DNA of 64,000 nucleotides, from the NCBI GenBank assembly GCA_043228905.1, contig JBHGNT010000012.1, positions 1,116,001-1,180,000 on the forward strand. Direction: 5' to 3'. Below the pieces are notes generated by a model that did not search any database, had not been told where the DNA came from, and worked only from the letters and a program-made list of their open reading frames with translations. Source of the stretch: Azolla caroliniana. Its lineage: Eukaryota > Plantae > Polypodiophyta. The position numbers and the translations under genes are program-made. Numbering within the stretch: the stretch's first letter is position 1; each line of letters begins with the position of its first letter. Positions 37,714 through 47,638 of the stretch are shown one piece after another.

Positions 37714-40653
37714 ACGTCTTGATAAATTCTTTGACAAATTTCCAAGGCTGGGGCCACTAAAACCTCTGAGATAGCCACTCCAACGTTTTCATGACCCCAA
37801 AGTGGCTGACAAGAGGATCATCATGGCAATTTTGTAGGACTTGACTGCAACATGCTCCAGCTAGTACGTAAAGGAGGTGATTACAATAGAGTAGCCCATC
37901 CTGAGTTGTAAAGTGACTGAGATACGAGCTTTGCATTCCCTGGGATGGGTCATTGATGCACGCCAGGATGTTGGTAGCGAATGGGCCTAACATGGTGGCC
38001 TAGGGGATTTCGTTGAGCAAGGAATCATCATGCAACATGTAGGTTGTCAATATTTGGAGTTGATCGCGCCGCAATAAACAATGTGATTGCTGAGAACATG
38101 CGTCGTCACCTAGGCGTAGCGCAAAATCTAGTCACCGAGAGAGGGTATCCGCTTTCCCATGTTGAACGCTGAGTCGAAACAAGATTTCGAAATCGTAGTC
38201 AGTGAGAAAAGATGACCAACGAGCCTACCTCTGATTCAACGTACAACTAGTAGTGAAGTACATGAGATTCTTGTGGTCAATCAACACCTAGATACGATGT
38301 TGGGCCTCAGCGAGATAGGGTCGCCATTCGGCAAGGCAGAGATGATAGCTGCAAGCTCCTTGTCGTAGACCGAATAATTTATTTCTGGGGCTATAAACTT
38401 CCGAGAGTAGAAGTCGACCGGATGTAGTGTGCCATCTTTTCTGGCTGGGACAAGACCGCGCCAATGGCAAAGTCGGAGGCATCGTTTTCAACCTAGAAGG
38501 TGGGATCGGGGTGAACCAACACTAGGGCTGAGAGACAAGCTGCTTTGAGGATCTAGAGAAATGGAGTATCTTTTCGAGTAAGTTGGATAAGAGGATGCAC
38601 AAGGGAAGAAAACCCATCTATACATCTTCTATACAAATTTGCGAAACCAAGAAATGATTGTACCTCTTTCAGTCGAGTCGGGAGAGGCCAATCGGTGATT
38701 GCCGCTACCTTGCGCTTATCCATTGTGATCCCGGTGGGTGAGATCATGTAGCCCAAGAATTCGATAGAGGTTCGATCGAATTCGCATTTCTCACTTTTGG
38801 CATAAAGCCCATATTCCCGAAGTTTGGTTAGAACCAACTGGACGTGTTGTGTGTGCTTCCCTAAGTTGGAAGGAAAAACTAGGATGTCGTCAAGGTAGAT
38901 TACCACGAAGTGATCGAGGTACTCTCAAAATATATCGTTCATCATGTGTTGGAAGACATTGGGGCATTGTAAGACCAAAAGACATCACATTGTACTGAAA
39001 TTCCCATAGCGCGTTCAAAAGGTCGTTTTCCACTTGTCCCCAGGCTTGATGCGCACTAGATTGTAAGCTCCTTGCAGGTCGATTTTGGAGAAGATACACC
39101 CGGTTCAAAGTCGATCAAGGAGCACTGGAATTAAGGGCAAGGGATAACAATACACCCAGTTCAGAGTGAACCCGATCGTCGACCGCTTCAATGGATATGG
39201 GTTGTGATGTGTGGACGGTGGGGATATTATATGTGCGGACAAATGATATATCGATAAAACAAGTAGATGTTCTGGAGTCGAGCAAACCATGATAGTGTAT
39301 TGAAGTCGACCCAAAACAAAGACTTGCAAAGCAAATCCTCCTAATGGTGGAACAAACTTGTAGGAGCATGGAGTAATGGGAAGCGTCCAACGGCATGGAT
39401 CCTACTACAATCGGTCTTGGTCGTTTTCCTATTGTCGAGGAACCTCCGCAAGATGTACACGGTGGAATTGGTGTCGAGGGCCCCGCACCGAGAAATGGCA
39501 AATGATATGGCCAGGGTTACCACAATAGAGACAGATGCCATTGTCACAACGATGTTGGCGTTGGGCATCATTTAGTGGTTGGAACTGAGCATGGTCGATC
39601 TCCATCGGGTATGGGAATCAACCTCCATCGTAGTATGAGTATCATTGGATGATGGTAAGGTTGGTGTGGGGGGCGAAACTGAGACATAGAGCCTGGCTAT
39701 TGATGCATTTCGGTAGGAAGATTGAAACCCACGAGTCCCACGTTCTTCTTGATGAAGCTCAAATAGACAATTATCACATTGGACGGCCTAGGAGATTACT
39801 TGAAACAACGATGTGGGCTCCGGAAAGTTCAAGAGAAGAGTCTTAACATCGTTTCGATTTAAGGTTTAGAGAAGAGTTCAAGAGAAGATTATTGTCGTTC
39901 GTCGCCGGTCTATCCCGCCAAACATAGCTTCGAGCTCAGCAAGGAAAGCGGTGAAGTTTTCTAAGAGAGGGGATAAGGTCTCAACCAAGGGTGCAAACCA
40001 CACTTGTGTCGGCCGGGGGAGAAGGGTGTTAACGAGGCCGATCGGAGAAAAGTCGTTAGCATACCGTTGGGGCTGTAAACGGATGATAAGCCGAATTTGA
40101 TTGATGAAGCTACGAAGATATGCCCCCGTTGTCGTGAAGATTCCGAGGAATATCGGAAGAATCGACGGGGTGGAGTATGTGCACTCACCCTTGTACAAAT
40201 GGTGTGGGTAATAGGGGTGCCTTTATGGTGCCGAGTAGGAGTTAGACGGGACAAAGAATCCCATGTAAATCAGGATTTATCCCACATTGTAACATATCCC
40301 TCTCCTTGTTCTATAAAAGGACGGGAGGGTCCCTTGTAGACGGGTTGCCCATTTTGAGTTAGGAGGGTATACCACTTAGGTCGAAGGTGTGTTTAGGTCG
40401 AAGGTGTGTTAGTTCTTCTTCTTCTTACTTTAGAGTTTCTTTGAGGTCTTCTTCTTCGTGTCTGTTTAGGGTTTAGTCTGGTGAAGAGCTTGTATGTCCT
40501 GTGGAGTTTGCTTCTGCTTGGTCTCCTGTGCAAGACCCCGCTCGGCGCAACGAACCCAAGAGCTCCCCGATCGGCGGCTTGGCAGTAGACTGTTGTTGTG
40601 ACCTAACCTACCTCAGTCCGGCTCGGAGCTGAAGTTGTATCTTGCTCTTATAT

Positions 40654-40720
<67 letters not shown>

Positions 40721-41337
40721 AGTTATGTGCATCTGTGTCTGTGTCGGTGTCTTTGGAGTTCCTTCTTTCTAGTTTCTGTACATAGGATGTGTGTGTCTAG
40801 TCAGTGTTGTGTGTGCGTCCTTTTCTCTCTCTCATACGGTTGCTCCCGATACGTATCCGGAAACACTCTAGTTGCTGTCTTGGCCGGTGTCAGGAATAGT
40901 ACTAAAACAGAGATGGAATTAGTACTAAGAACAGCAGTACTATTAGTACTAAGAGGACGGGACCGCGTAAGATTCCCGAGAGAGGAAGTGAGAAGAGGAG
41001 AGAGAGAGAGATAGCGAGAATGAGAGAGAGAGAGAGATGATGACAGCAGCTATATATTATGTGAAAAGATAAGTACAAGCGGCTAAGAGGCTTAAGACTG
41101 GCGTTGAACCAATTTGGTTCAAAACAATGCCTTGTGCCTCCTTTTATAGTGTTTTTAGGAATAATCCTGAAGCTTCTAGAATGTTCCAGAGAGATCTGGA
41201 ATATACATCAATTTTCTATGATAAAGTATAAATGAAAATAATATCCTACAAAATACAATTCATAATCTAATGGTAAGAGCTCGACCCATGTAGCATAAAG
41301 TCATGGGTTCGAGTCTTGCCATGACACTATCTCCCCC

Positions 41338-44300
41338 TTAAAGACGACGAGTGGAACGAGTCGGCGCTAATTGCGGACCGGGTTTGTCCGGATACTTTCG
41401 GTGGAAATCAGCAAGAAGATCTTGTGCATTGGCAACATTCTCAACGGGTTCCCAAGTACGTTCACTCGGACTATAACCGAGCCAATCGACCAAGTAATAA
41501 AGTTTGTTGCGAACAAGTTTGGAATCGAGGATGGCAGCAACTTCATACTCCGGGCCGGCGTCCAACTCCAGCGGGGGCGGCGGTGGTGTCACACGATCGG
41601 GAATGGTGTTTGCTTTATAAGGTTCAAGAAGAGAACAATGGAAAACCGGATGTATCTGAAGCTGCGGAGGGAGATCCAGGCGGAAGGTGACATCATTAAT
41701 CTTCCCCGTAATACGGAAAGGACTGAGTCGTCGATAATCCAACTTGTCGCACGGTCGAGTAGTCTTGATGTGACGACGTAAGAGCCATACTCGATCTCCG
41801 ATGGCAAAAGAGGAGGGAATCCGATGACGATCCGCATAAGTCTTCTGTGTGTGTTGAGCATGACGAAGGTGAGTAGAGAGATCCATCTGGATCTTGCGTA
41901 GCCTCTCCAAATGGTCCTCGGCACGAGGGTTGGTAGGTAGCTCCGGAGTGTCGATCACCGACCAGCGAGGATGGAAACCGGTATAAGCGAGAAATGGGGA
42001 GACCCGAGTCGAGGAGTGAATAGCATTATTATACGCAAACTCCGCAAAGTGGAGAATCTCGGCCCAATCGTCCTGTTGATAACTCAGGAAACACCGGAGA
42101 TATTGCTCCAACGTTTGGTTTGTTCGTTCCGCCTGTCCGTCAGTTTGAGGATGGTAGCCGGAGGAGAGGTTGCAGGAGACCTTGAGCATCCTGAAGAGAT
42201 GCTGCCAAAATTTGGAGACAAATTGCGGGCCTCGGTCACTGATAATACTGTCTGGTAGGCCATGATGCCGAAATACCTCACGCATAACAAGAGCGGCGGT
42301 TTCCTCGCTAGTGATGGCTTTAGTACATGGCACAAAATGTGCCATCTTCGTATATCGATCGACGACGGTTAGGATAGCATCGAACCCCTTCGAGACCGGC
42401 AGATCTGTAATAAAATCAAGACAAATAGACTGCCATGGCTTACTTGGAATTGGTAAAGGTTCCAACAAGCCATATGGATGGTGTCGTGGCATCTTTGCTC
42501 GGCAGCAAGCATCACAGGTCCGAACGTAGTCGTCGACAAAACGGCGCATGTGGGGCCACCAAAAAGATCGCTGCACTAACTCCAACGTCTTGGTACTACC
42601 GAAATGTCCCGCCGTATGGGTGTCGTGACAATGTTGGACGATTTGAAGGCGACAGGAGCAATCGGGGACATATACGTGCTTTTTAAAGAATAACAAACCA
42701 TCATGATATTCGAATTGTCGGTAGTCAATACCTGGTTGTTGAGACTGAGAACAGGATGCCCGAGAAGTATCAATGTGCGCCAGGATGTCTTGAGCAAAAC
42801 TATCCGTCTTCAAGGTTGCACGTATGTCATCGGTAATCCGTGAATCCATCGGGGTGTGAAAAATCCGCGTCGTGTGCAATCGTGTTGGTCCCAAGATTAC
42901 TTGCTTTTGATTATCAAATGTTGCATCACCAGGACGAGGTGCAAGATATGAACGCCGTGATAGTGCATCTGCTTTTCCTTGCTGCTTCCCCGGTCGATAT
43001 GTGATTTCGAAGTTGAAACGCGTGAGGAATTGCGCCCACCGAGCTTGCCGTCGATTTAGTACGCGAGCGTTCTGAAAATAAGCAAGATTTTTATGATCGC
43101 TAAAGACAATGACCTGATGTGGAGAGCCCTCTAAGAAATGCCGCCATTGTACAAATGAATCCACGATGGCTAATAACTCCTTGTCATGTATTTCGTAGTT
43201 GATTTCTGCGACATTGAATTTGCGTGAATGGAAAGCCACCGGATGCAACTCTTCTTTATTGCCTTGTTGAGAAAGGATGCTATCGAGGGCGAAATCTGAT
43301 GCGTCGGCCTCCATGATGAATGGTTTGCTTGTATCCACATGAGCTAGAATCGGTGCTGATGTAAAGGCTTTCTTAAGATGCCGAAAAGCCATATCTGCTT
43401 CGATGGACCAAAGAAATGCTTGGCCCTTCTTCGTAAGTTGTGTGAGAGGTAAAATAATCTTCGAGTAATCCTGTATAAACTTACGGTAGAAGTTAGCAAA
43501 GCCTAGAAAACATTGTACATCTCGTACCGACCGTGGAATTTGCCACTCTAGTACAGTTTGGATTTTAGCTAGATCCATGGCGATGCCCTTTGAGGAGATG
43601 ACGTAGCCTAGAAATTCCACTTGCTTGCAGTCAAAGCTACATTTCTCTAGCTTGGCATAAAGACCATTCTCGCGGAGTCGCTTTAGTACTAATAGTACAT
43701 GAGAATTGTGCTCTTCCTGGGTCTTCGAATAAATCAACAGATCATCCAGATAAATGATCAAACAGATATCCAAGAGGTCTCTGAATATATCATTTGCCAT
43801 GTGTTGGAAGACTGCGGGTGCATTGGTTAGGCCAAACGGCATAACAGTATACTCGAAATGCCCATACCGCGTGCGAAAAGCGGTCTTCCACTCATCTCCC
43901 GGTCGGATCCGCACGAGATTATATGCTCCTCGTAGGTCGATTTTAGTAAAAAACTTGGCACCATTAACTCGCTCTAAAAGACTTGATATAAGAGGAAGTG
44001 CATACCTATTCCGGATGGTGACTTTATTCAATCCGCGGTAATCAACGACAAGACGAAGTGAGCCATCTTTCTTCTTGACAAAGAAGATGGGTGCACCGGC
44101 CGGAGATTTCGAATGACGGATGAACCCGCTTGCCAAGTTGTCCTCTATGTAGGCTCGAAGGACTTCTAACTCGGTGGGTGACAAGTTGTAAATTGGTCCC
44201 CAGGGTGGCTCGGTTCCTGGTTGTAAATCGATGGGACAGTCATAGGGACGGTGATGAGGAAGGGTACCGGCTTTTACCTTGTCAAATACATCGGCATAAG

Positions 44301-44919
44301 GATGATATTTTGCCGGAAGTTGTATTGAGGAGTCCTTCTTAATAGTGCTAGAAGGATGTACTGATATGGCAAATAGGAACATTGCCTCCTTGGGTCCTTC
44401 TTCGCGTAGTTGATGGAGTGAAATGGTCGAAACTCGGTGAGTTGATTCTTGGGGTGGTCGATATCGGACTTCTCTTGTTCTCCAATCTATGGCTGGATTA
44501 TGTAATTCAAGCCAAGGTAATCCTAGGACAATGGGATGCTCTGGACTACTAATTATATTAAATGATATTATACACACAAAACTACCTAGGACAACTTGAA
44601 TGGGTTCTGATTCTTCTACAATATTCCCGGAAGCAATGGGACGACCATCAATGACCACTACAGATGCGGGACAAGGAAGTTTTCTTAAGGATATCTGAGA
44701 AGCTTGGGCAAAATTTCGATCCATGAAACAGGAATTAGCTCCGAAATCTAAAAGTGCTAGGACGGGTACTAGGGGAGTACTTTTAGTACTAACAATGACT
44801 TGGGCTAGGAACACATTGCTAACTTGCTTGGAAGGAATGGAACCACTAATGGGATGTACAGATCTAGGGCTGTTGTCCAACCAAATGGCTCCTATTTTGG
44901 CTGGACTCAATCGTTTAAC
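41338..44919 (-). CDS. pol: C1 pol: PR-RT-RNase H-integrase-chromodomain, reached by a -1 frameshift
   Basis: 1190-aa ORF with LLDFGA (mutated DSG), YLDD, EADASD, integrase HHCC and D-D-E, and a C-terminal chromodomain retaining the aromatic Y/W/Y residues. Confidence 0.93.
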   Translation of the reverse strand, partial: VKRLSPAKIGAIWLDNSPRSVHPISGSIPSKQVSNVFLAQVIVSTKSTPLVPVLALLDFGANSCFMDRNFAQASQISLRKLPCPASVVVIDGRPIASGNIVEESEPIQVVLGSFVCIISFNIISSPEHPIVLGLPWLELHNPAIDWRTREVRYRPPQESTHRVSTISLHQLREEGPKEAMFLFAISVHPSSTIKKDSSIQLPAKYHPYADVFDKVKAGTLPHHRPYDCPIDLQPGTEPPWGPIYNLSPTELEVLRAYIEDNLASGFIRHSKSPAGAPIFFVKKKDGSLRLVVDYRGLNKVTIRNRYALPLISSLLERVNGAKFFTKIDLRGAYNLVRIRPGDEWKTAFRTRYGHFEYTVMPFGLTNAPAVFQHMANDIFRDLLDICLIIYLDDLLIYSKTQEEHNSHVLLVLKRLRENGLYAKLEKCSFDCKQVEFLGYVISSKGIAMDLAKIQTVLEWQIPRSVRDVQCFLGFANFYRKFIQDYSKIILPLTQLTKKGQAFLWSIEADMAFRHLKKAFTSAPILAHVDTSKPFIMEADASDFALDSILSQQGNKEELHPVAFHSRKFNVAEINYEIHDKELLAIVDSFVQWRHFLEGSPHQVIVFSDHKNLAYFQNARVLNRRQARWAQFLTRFNFEITYRPGKQQGKADALSRRSYLAPRPGDATFDNQKQVILGPTRLHTTRIFHTPMDSRITDDIRATLKTDSFAQDILAHIDTSRASCSQSQQPGIDYRQFEYHDGLLFFKKHVYVPDCSCRLQIVQHCHDTHTAGHFGSTKTLELVQRSFWWPHMRRFVDDYVRTCDACCRAKMPRHHPYGLLEPLPIPSKPWQSICLDFITDLPVSKGFDAILTVVDRYTKMAHFVPCTKAITSEETAALVMREVFRHHGLPDSIISDRGPQFVSKFWQHLFRMLKVSCNLSSGYHPQTDGQAERTNQTLEQYLRCFLSYQQDDWAEILHFAEFAYNNAIHSSTRVSPFLAYTGFHPRWSVIDTPELPTNPRAEDHLERLRKIQMDLSTHLRHAQHTQKTYADRHRIPSSFAIGDRVWLLRRHIKTTRPCDKLDYRRLSPFRITGKINDVTFRLDLPPQLQIHPVFHCSLLEPYKANTIPDRVTPPPPPLELDAGPEYEVAAILDSKLVRNKLYYLVDWLGYSPSERTWEPVENVANAQDLLADFHRKYPDKPGPQLAPTRSTRRL

Positions 44920-46064
44920 TCTTCATCTAATTGACTAAGGATTTCAAATTTATTTGAGATACTTGGGCTATTAGTACTATGAATACTATCTGACACTCTA
45001 TTAGTACTATTAATACTATCAGACACTCCGAAGGGAAGAATTGACTCGGGTTTAGTACAGGCGACAATTTGATTTACTTGTCTTCTTGGCCTATGGGGAC
45101 AATTGATGGCGATATGTCCTGGTCCACCGCAATAAAGACATAATTGATTGGCACGTCGTCGTTGCTTTTCTTCTTCCGATAACGGGCCGCGTCGACGCAT
45201 GGTATCGATCTCCATCGGTGTCGAAGTATTTGCTTGAGGTATGTCTCGTGCAAACGGTTTAGCCGCGACTGCGGCGTAAGTGGGCTCTGGCCTAGAGCAT
45301 GGTATCTGTAATTGATGTTCTGAACGCCGTTCAAAAAGGCGGTTGTCACATCGAACTGCTCGACTGATTGCCTCCGTAAGAGACTTTGGTTCTTCGGGGA
45401 AAGTTAGAAGTAGATCTTTGACATCGTTTCGCAAGCCATAGCGAAACTGCTCCATTAGTGCTTGATCATCCCAAGGTATATCTGAAGCAAGTAGGCGGAA
45501 ATCCGCCGCGTAGGCAGAGGCTGGACGATCGCCTTGACGCAATCGCCGGATCTTGTTGATCGCCGTCCTGATGCTGTCGGTGTCTCCAAAGCAGGCTTTA
45601 AACTCACCAATAAAATCTTCAAAGTTATTAAGTAAGGGTGATTGTTTTTCTAGAAGCGGAGCAAACCATGCCAAGGCTGAGCCGCTAAGTAGCGTGCCTA
45701 TTAGGCCGACTCGAGATGCATCTGTGGGATATCGGGAAGGATGCATCTGGATGACTAAGCGTACCTGATTAAGGAATCCCCGGAATTGCGAACGCGTTCC
45801 ATCAAATTTCACAGGAAGTCCAATCTTGGGCTCTTTATGAAATCCTTGGGGACTGGATCCTTGTTGTTGCAACGCTGCTTCGAGTTGTTGTACCCGTAAC
45901 GCTAACTCCCCATGTTGTTGTTACGTTTGTTGTTTTTCTAGAGCGATTTGCTGCAGATCCCCTATCAGCCGTTGGTTTTCTTGTTCCAGGGCGACAAACT
46001 TTTCTTTTAGGCACTGTAGCTCGGAGAAAACGGATTGGTATTCTTGGGCGCTAATAGTAGCCAT
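44907..46064 (-). pseudogene. gag: C1 gag with a premature TAA at 45921-45923
   Basis: MATISAQEYQSVFSE aligns with the C2 gag start; CAA>TAA in the QQTQQQH stretch; zinc knuckle CLYCGGPGHIAINC. Confidence 0.88.
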
Positions 46065-47096
46065 AGTATAGGGAAAAGGGTAGGAGGATGAGGGAGAGTG
46101 ACAAGTAGGCTAGAGGAAGGGAAAATTGGTTCAAACTGTCAGGAATAGTACTAAAACAGAGATGGAATTAGTACTAAGAACAGCAGTACTATTAGTACTA
46201 AGAGGACGGGACCGCGTAAGATTCCCGAGAGAGGAAGTGAGAAGAGGAGAGAGAGAGAGATAGCGAGAATGAGAGAGAGAGAGAGAGATGATGACAGCAG
46301 CTATATATTATGTGAAAAGATAAGTACAAGCGGCTAAGAGGCTTAAGACTGGCGTTGAACCAATTTGGTTCAAAACAATGCCTTGTGCCTCCTTTTATAG
46401 TGTTTTTAGGAATAATCCTGAAGCTTCTAGAATGTTCCAGAGAGATCTGGAATATACATCAATTTTCTATGATAAAGTATAAATGAAAATAATATCCTAC
46501 AAAATACAATTCATAATCTAATGGTAAGAGCTCGACCCATGTAGCATAAAGTCATGGGTTCGAGTCTTGCCATGACAGCCGGTCGCGGGAAAAGGTGAAG
46601 GTCGACCTTCCATACTCTATCTCTCTTTGGTCCAAGACCCATGTGGTCCCTCCCCAGATCTAACACGCACACGTGGATTACCACGACACCATGTTGTTGA
46701 ATTTGTCGAGTAGGTTGACGGTTGGTTCAAGGACTAAGAACTAGGCGAGAGAAAATGAACAAGAACTTGACTTATGATTCCGTAACTAGTGTTGTTCACC
46801 TTGAGAATCAAGGTGCACCTGAGTATTTATACAAGAAGGTAGAGGAATGTATGCTAGCTAGTAATAGAGAATGCATGAAGATGCATGCAAGCTAGGAATA
46901 TAGAATGCATGGATGCAAGCTAGGAATAGAGAATGCATGTATGAAAGCTAGGAATAGAGGATGCATTCAATCTACCATACATAAGTTGGATTTTATACAT
47001 ACAAGGATGCATAGTTGGTAGGGTTGCCCAATGGAGACCAGGAGGTCTTGGGTTCAATCTCTACCTTCCACCGTGGTGTGGCATATGTCTATGACA

Positions 47097-47638
47097 TCTC
47101 CATTCTTGAACCATCCATCTCAAATTCCAATACACCACCTTCTCCTCTGCCACCAATTGAATTGTTGACAAGGGAGGAATATGAGGTTGATAGGATACTC
47201 AAATCTCACCTGGTTCGTCGACAACTTCAATGCCCGTTTTATTGAAAAGGTACCCCATTTGAGACCCAAGAATTTATAATGTCATTATTGCCACCAATTG
47301 AATTGTCGACAAGGGAGGAGTATGAGGTTGATAGGATACTCAAATCTCACATGGTTCGTCGACAACTTCAATGCCCATTCTATGGAAAAGGTACCCCATT
47401 TGAGACGCAACATGAGAGTTGACCAAGAATTTATAATGTCATTATTGTTTTCCGTGAATTATATCAACAATCTCCACATAAGACAAAGCCAAGACAAAAT
47501 TTTGGAGGTCGGCCTTAGAGAGAGGATAATGTGACAGACAAGAAACGAACCTCCAACTTCCCATGTCATAATCAAGGGTCATAAACAATGCATCCCAACA
47601 TCATGTGGTTATGACAAGATATTTCTATGACAAGATAT
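47097..47638 (+). mobile_element. M: 3' relic of a chromovirus (tandemly duplicated chromodomain segment, PPT, start of an LTR at 47530)
   Basis: SILEP...PPIELLTREEYEVDRILKSH occurs twice (~47150 and ~47290); AGAGAGGATAA|TGTGACA. Confidence 0.65.

Larger units (their letters stand above)
40888..46577 (-). mobile_element. C1: young full-length Tcn1-like chromovirus
   Basis: LTRs 40888-41326 and 46137-46577 are identical by eye except for one GA unit. TSD GCCGG; PPT 41327-41340. Confidence 0.96.
40130..46688 (+). mobile_element. J: solo LTR of the Trp group (~860 bp net), split by C1
   Basis: TGTCGTGAAGAT start, CCACGACA end, TSD CCGT/CCAT; similar to the D LTR (TATA at ~40313, (TA)n). Confidence 0.85.
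37714..47096 (-). mobile_element. C4: old, degenerate Tcn1-like element (pieces 37714-40129 and 46689-47096)
   Basis: Fragments YLRSFINQIRL (gag), CLYCGNPGH, LLDSRTS (PR), IYLDDIL (RT) and CHDDPLVSHFG (INT). LTR-like end ...ATGACA at 47096. Confidence 0.75.

Noticed and set aside
44933-44939. CTTAGTC resembling the yeast Ty1/EST3 +1 frameshift site
   Set aside because: Pol is in the -1 frame, and a stop in that frame lies between this site and the pol ORF; G-TTA-AAC explains the junction.
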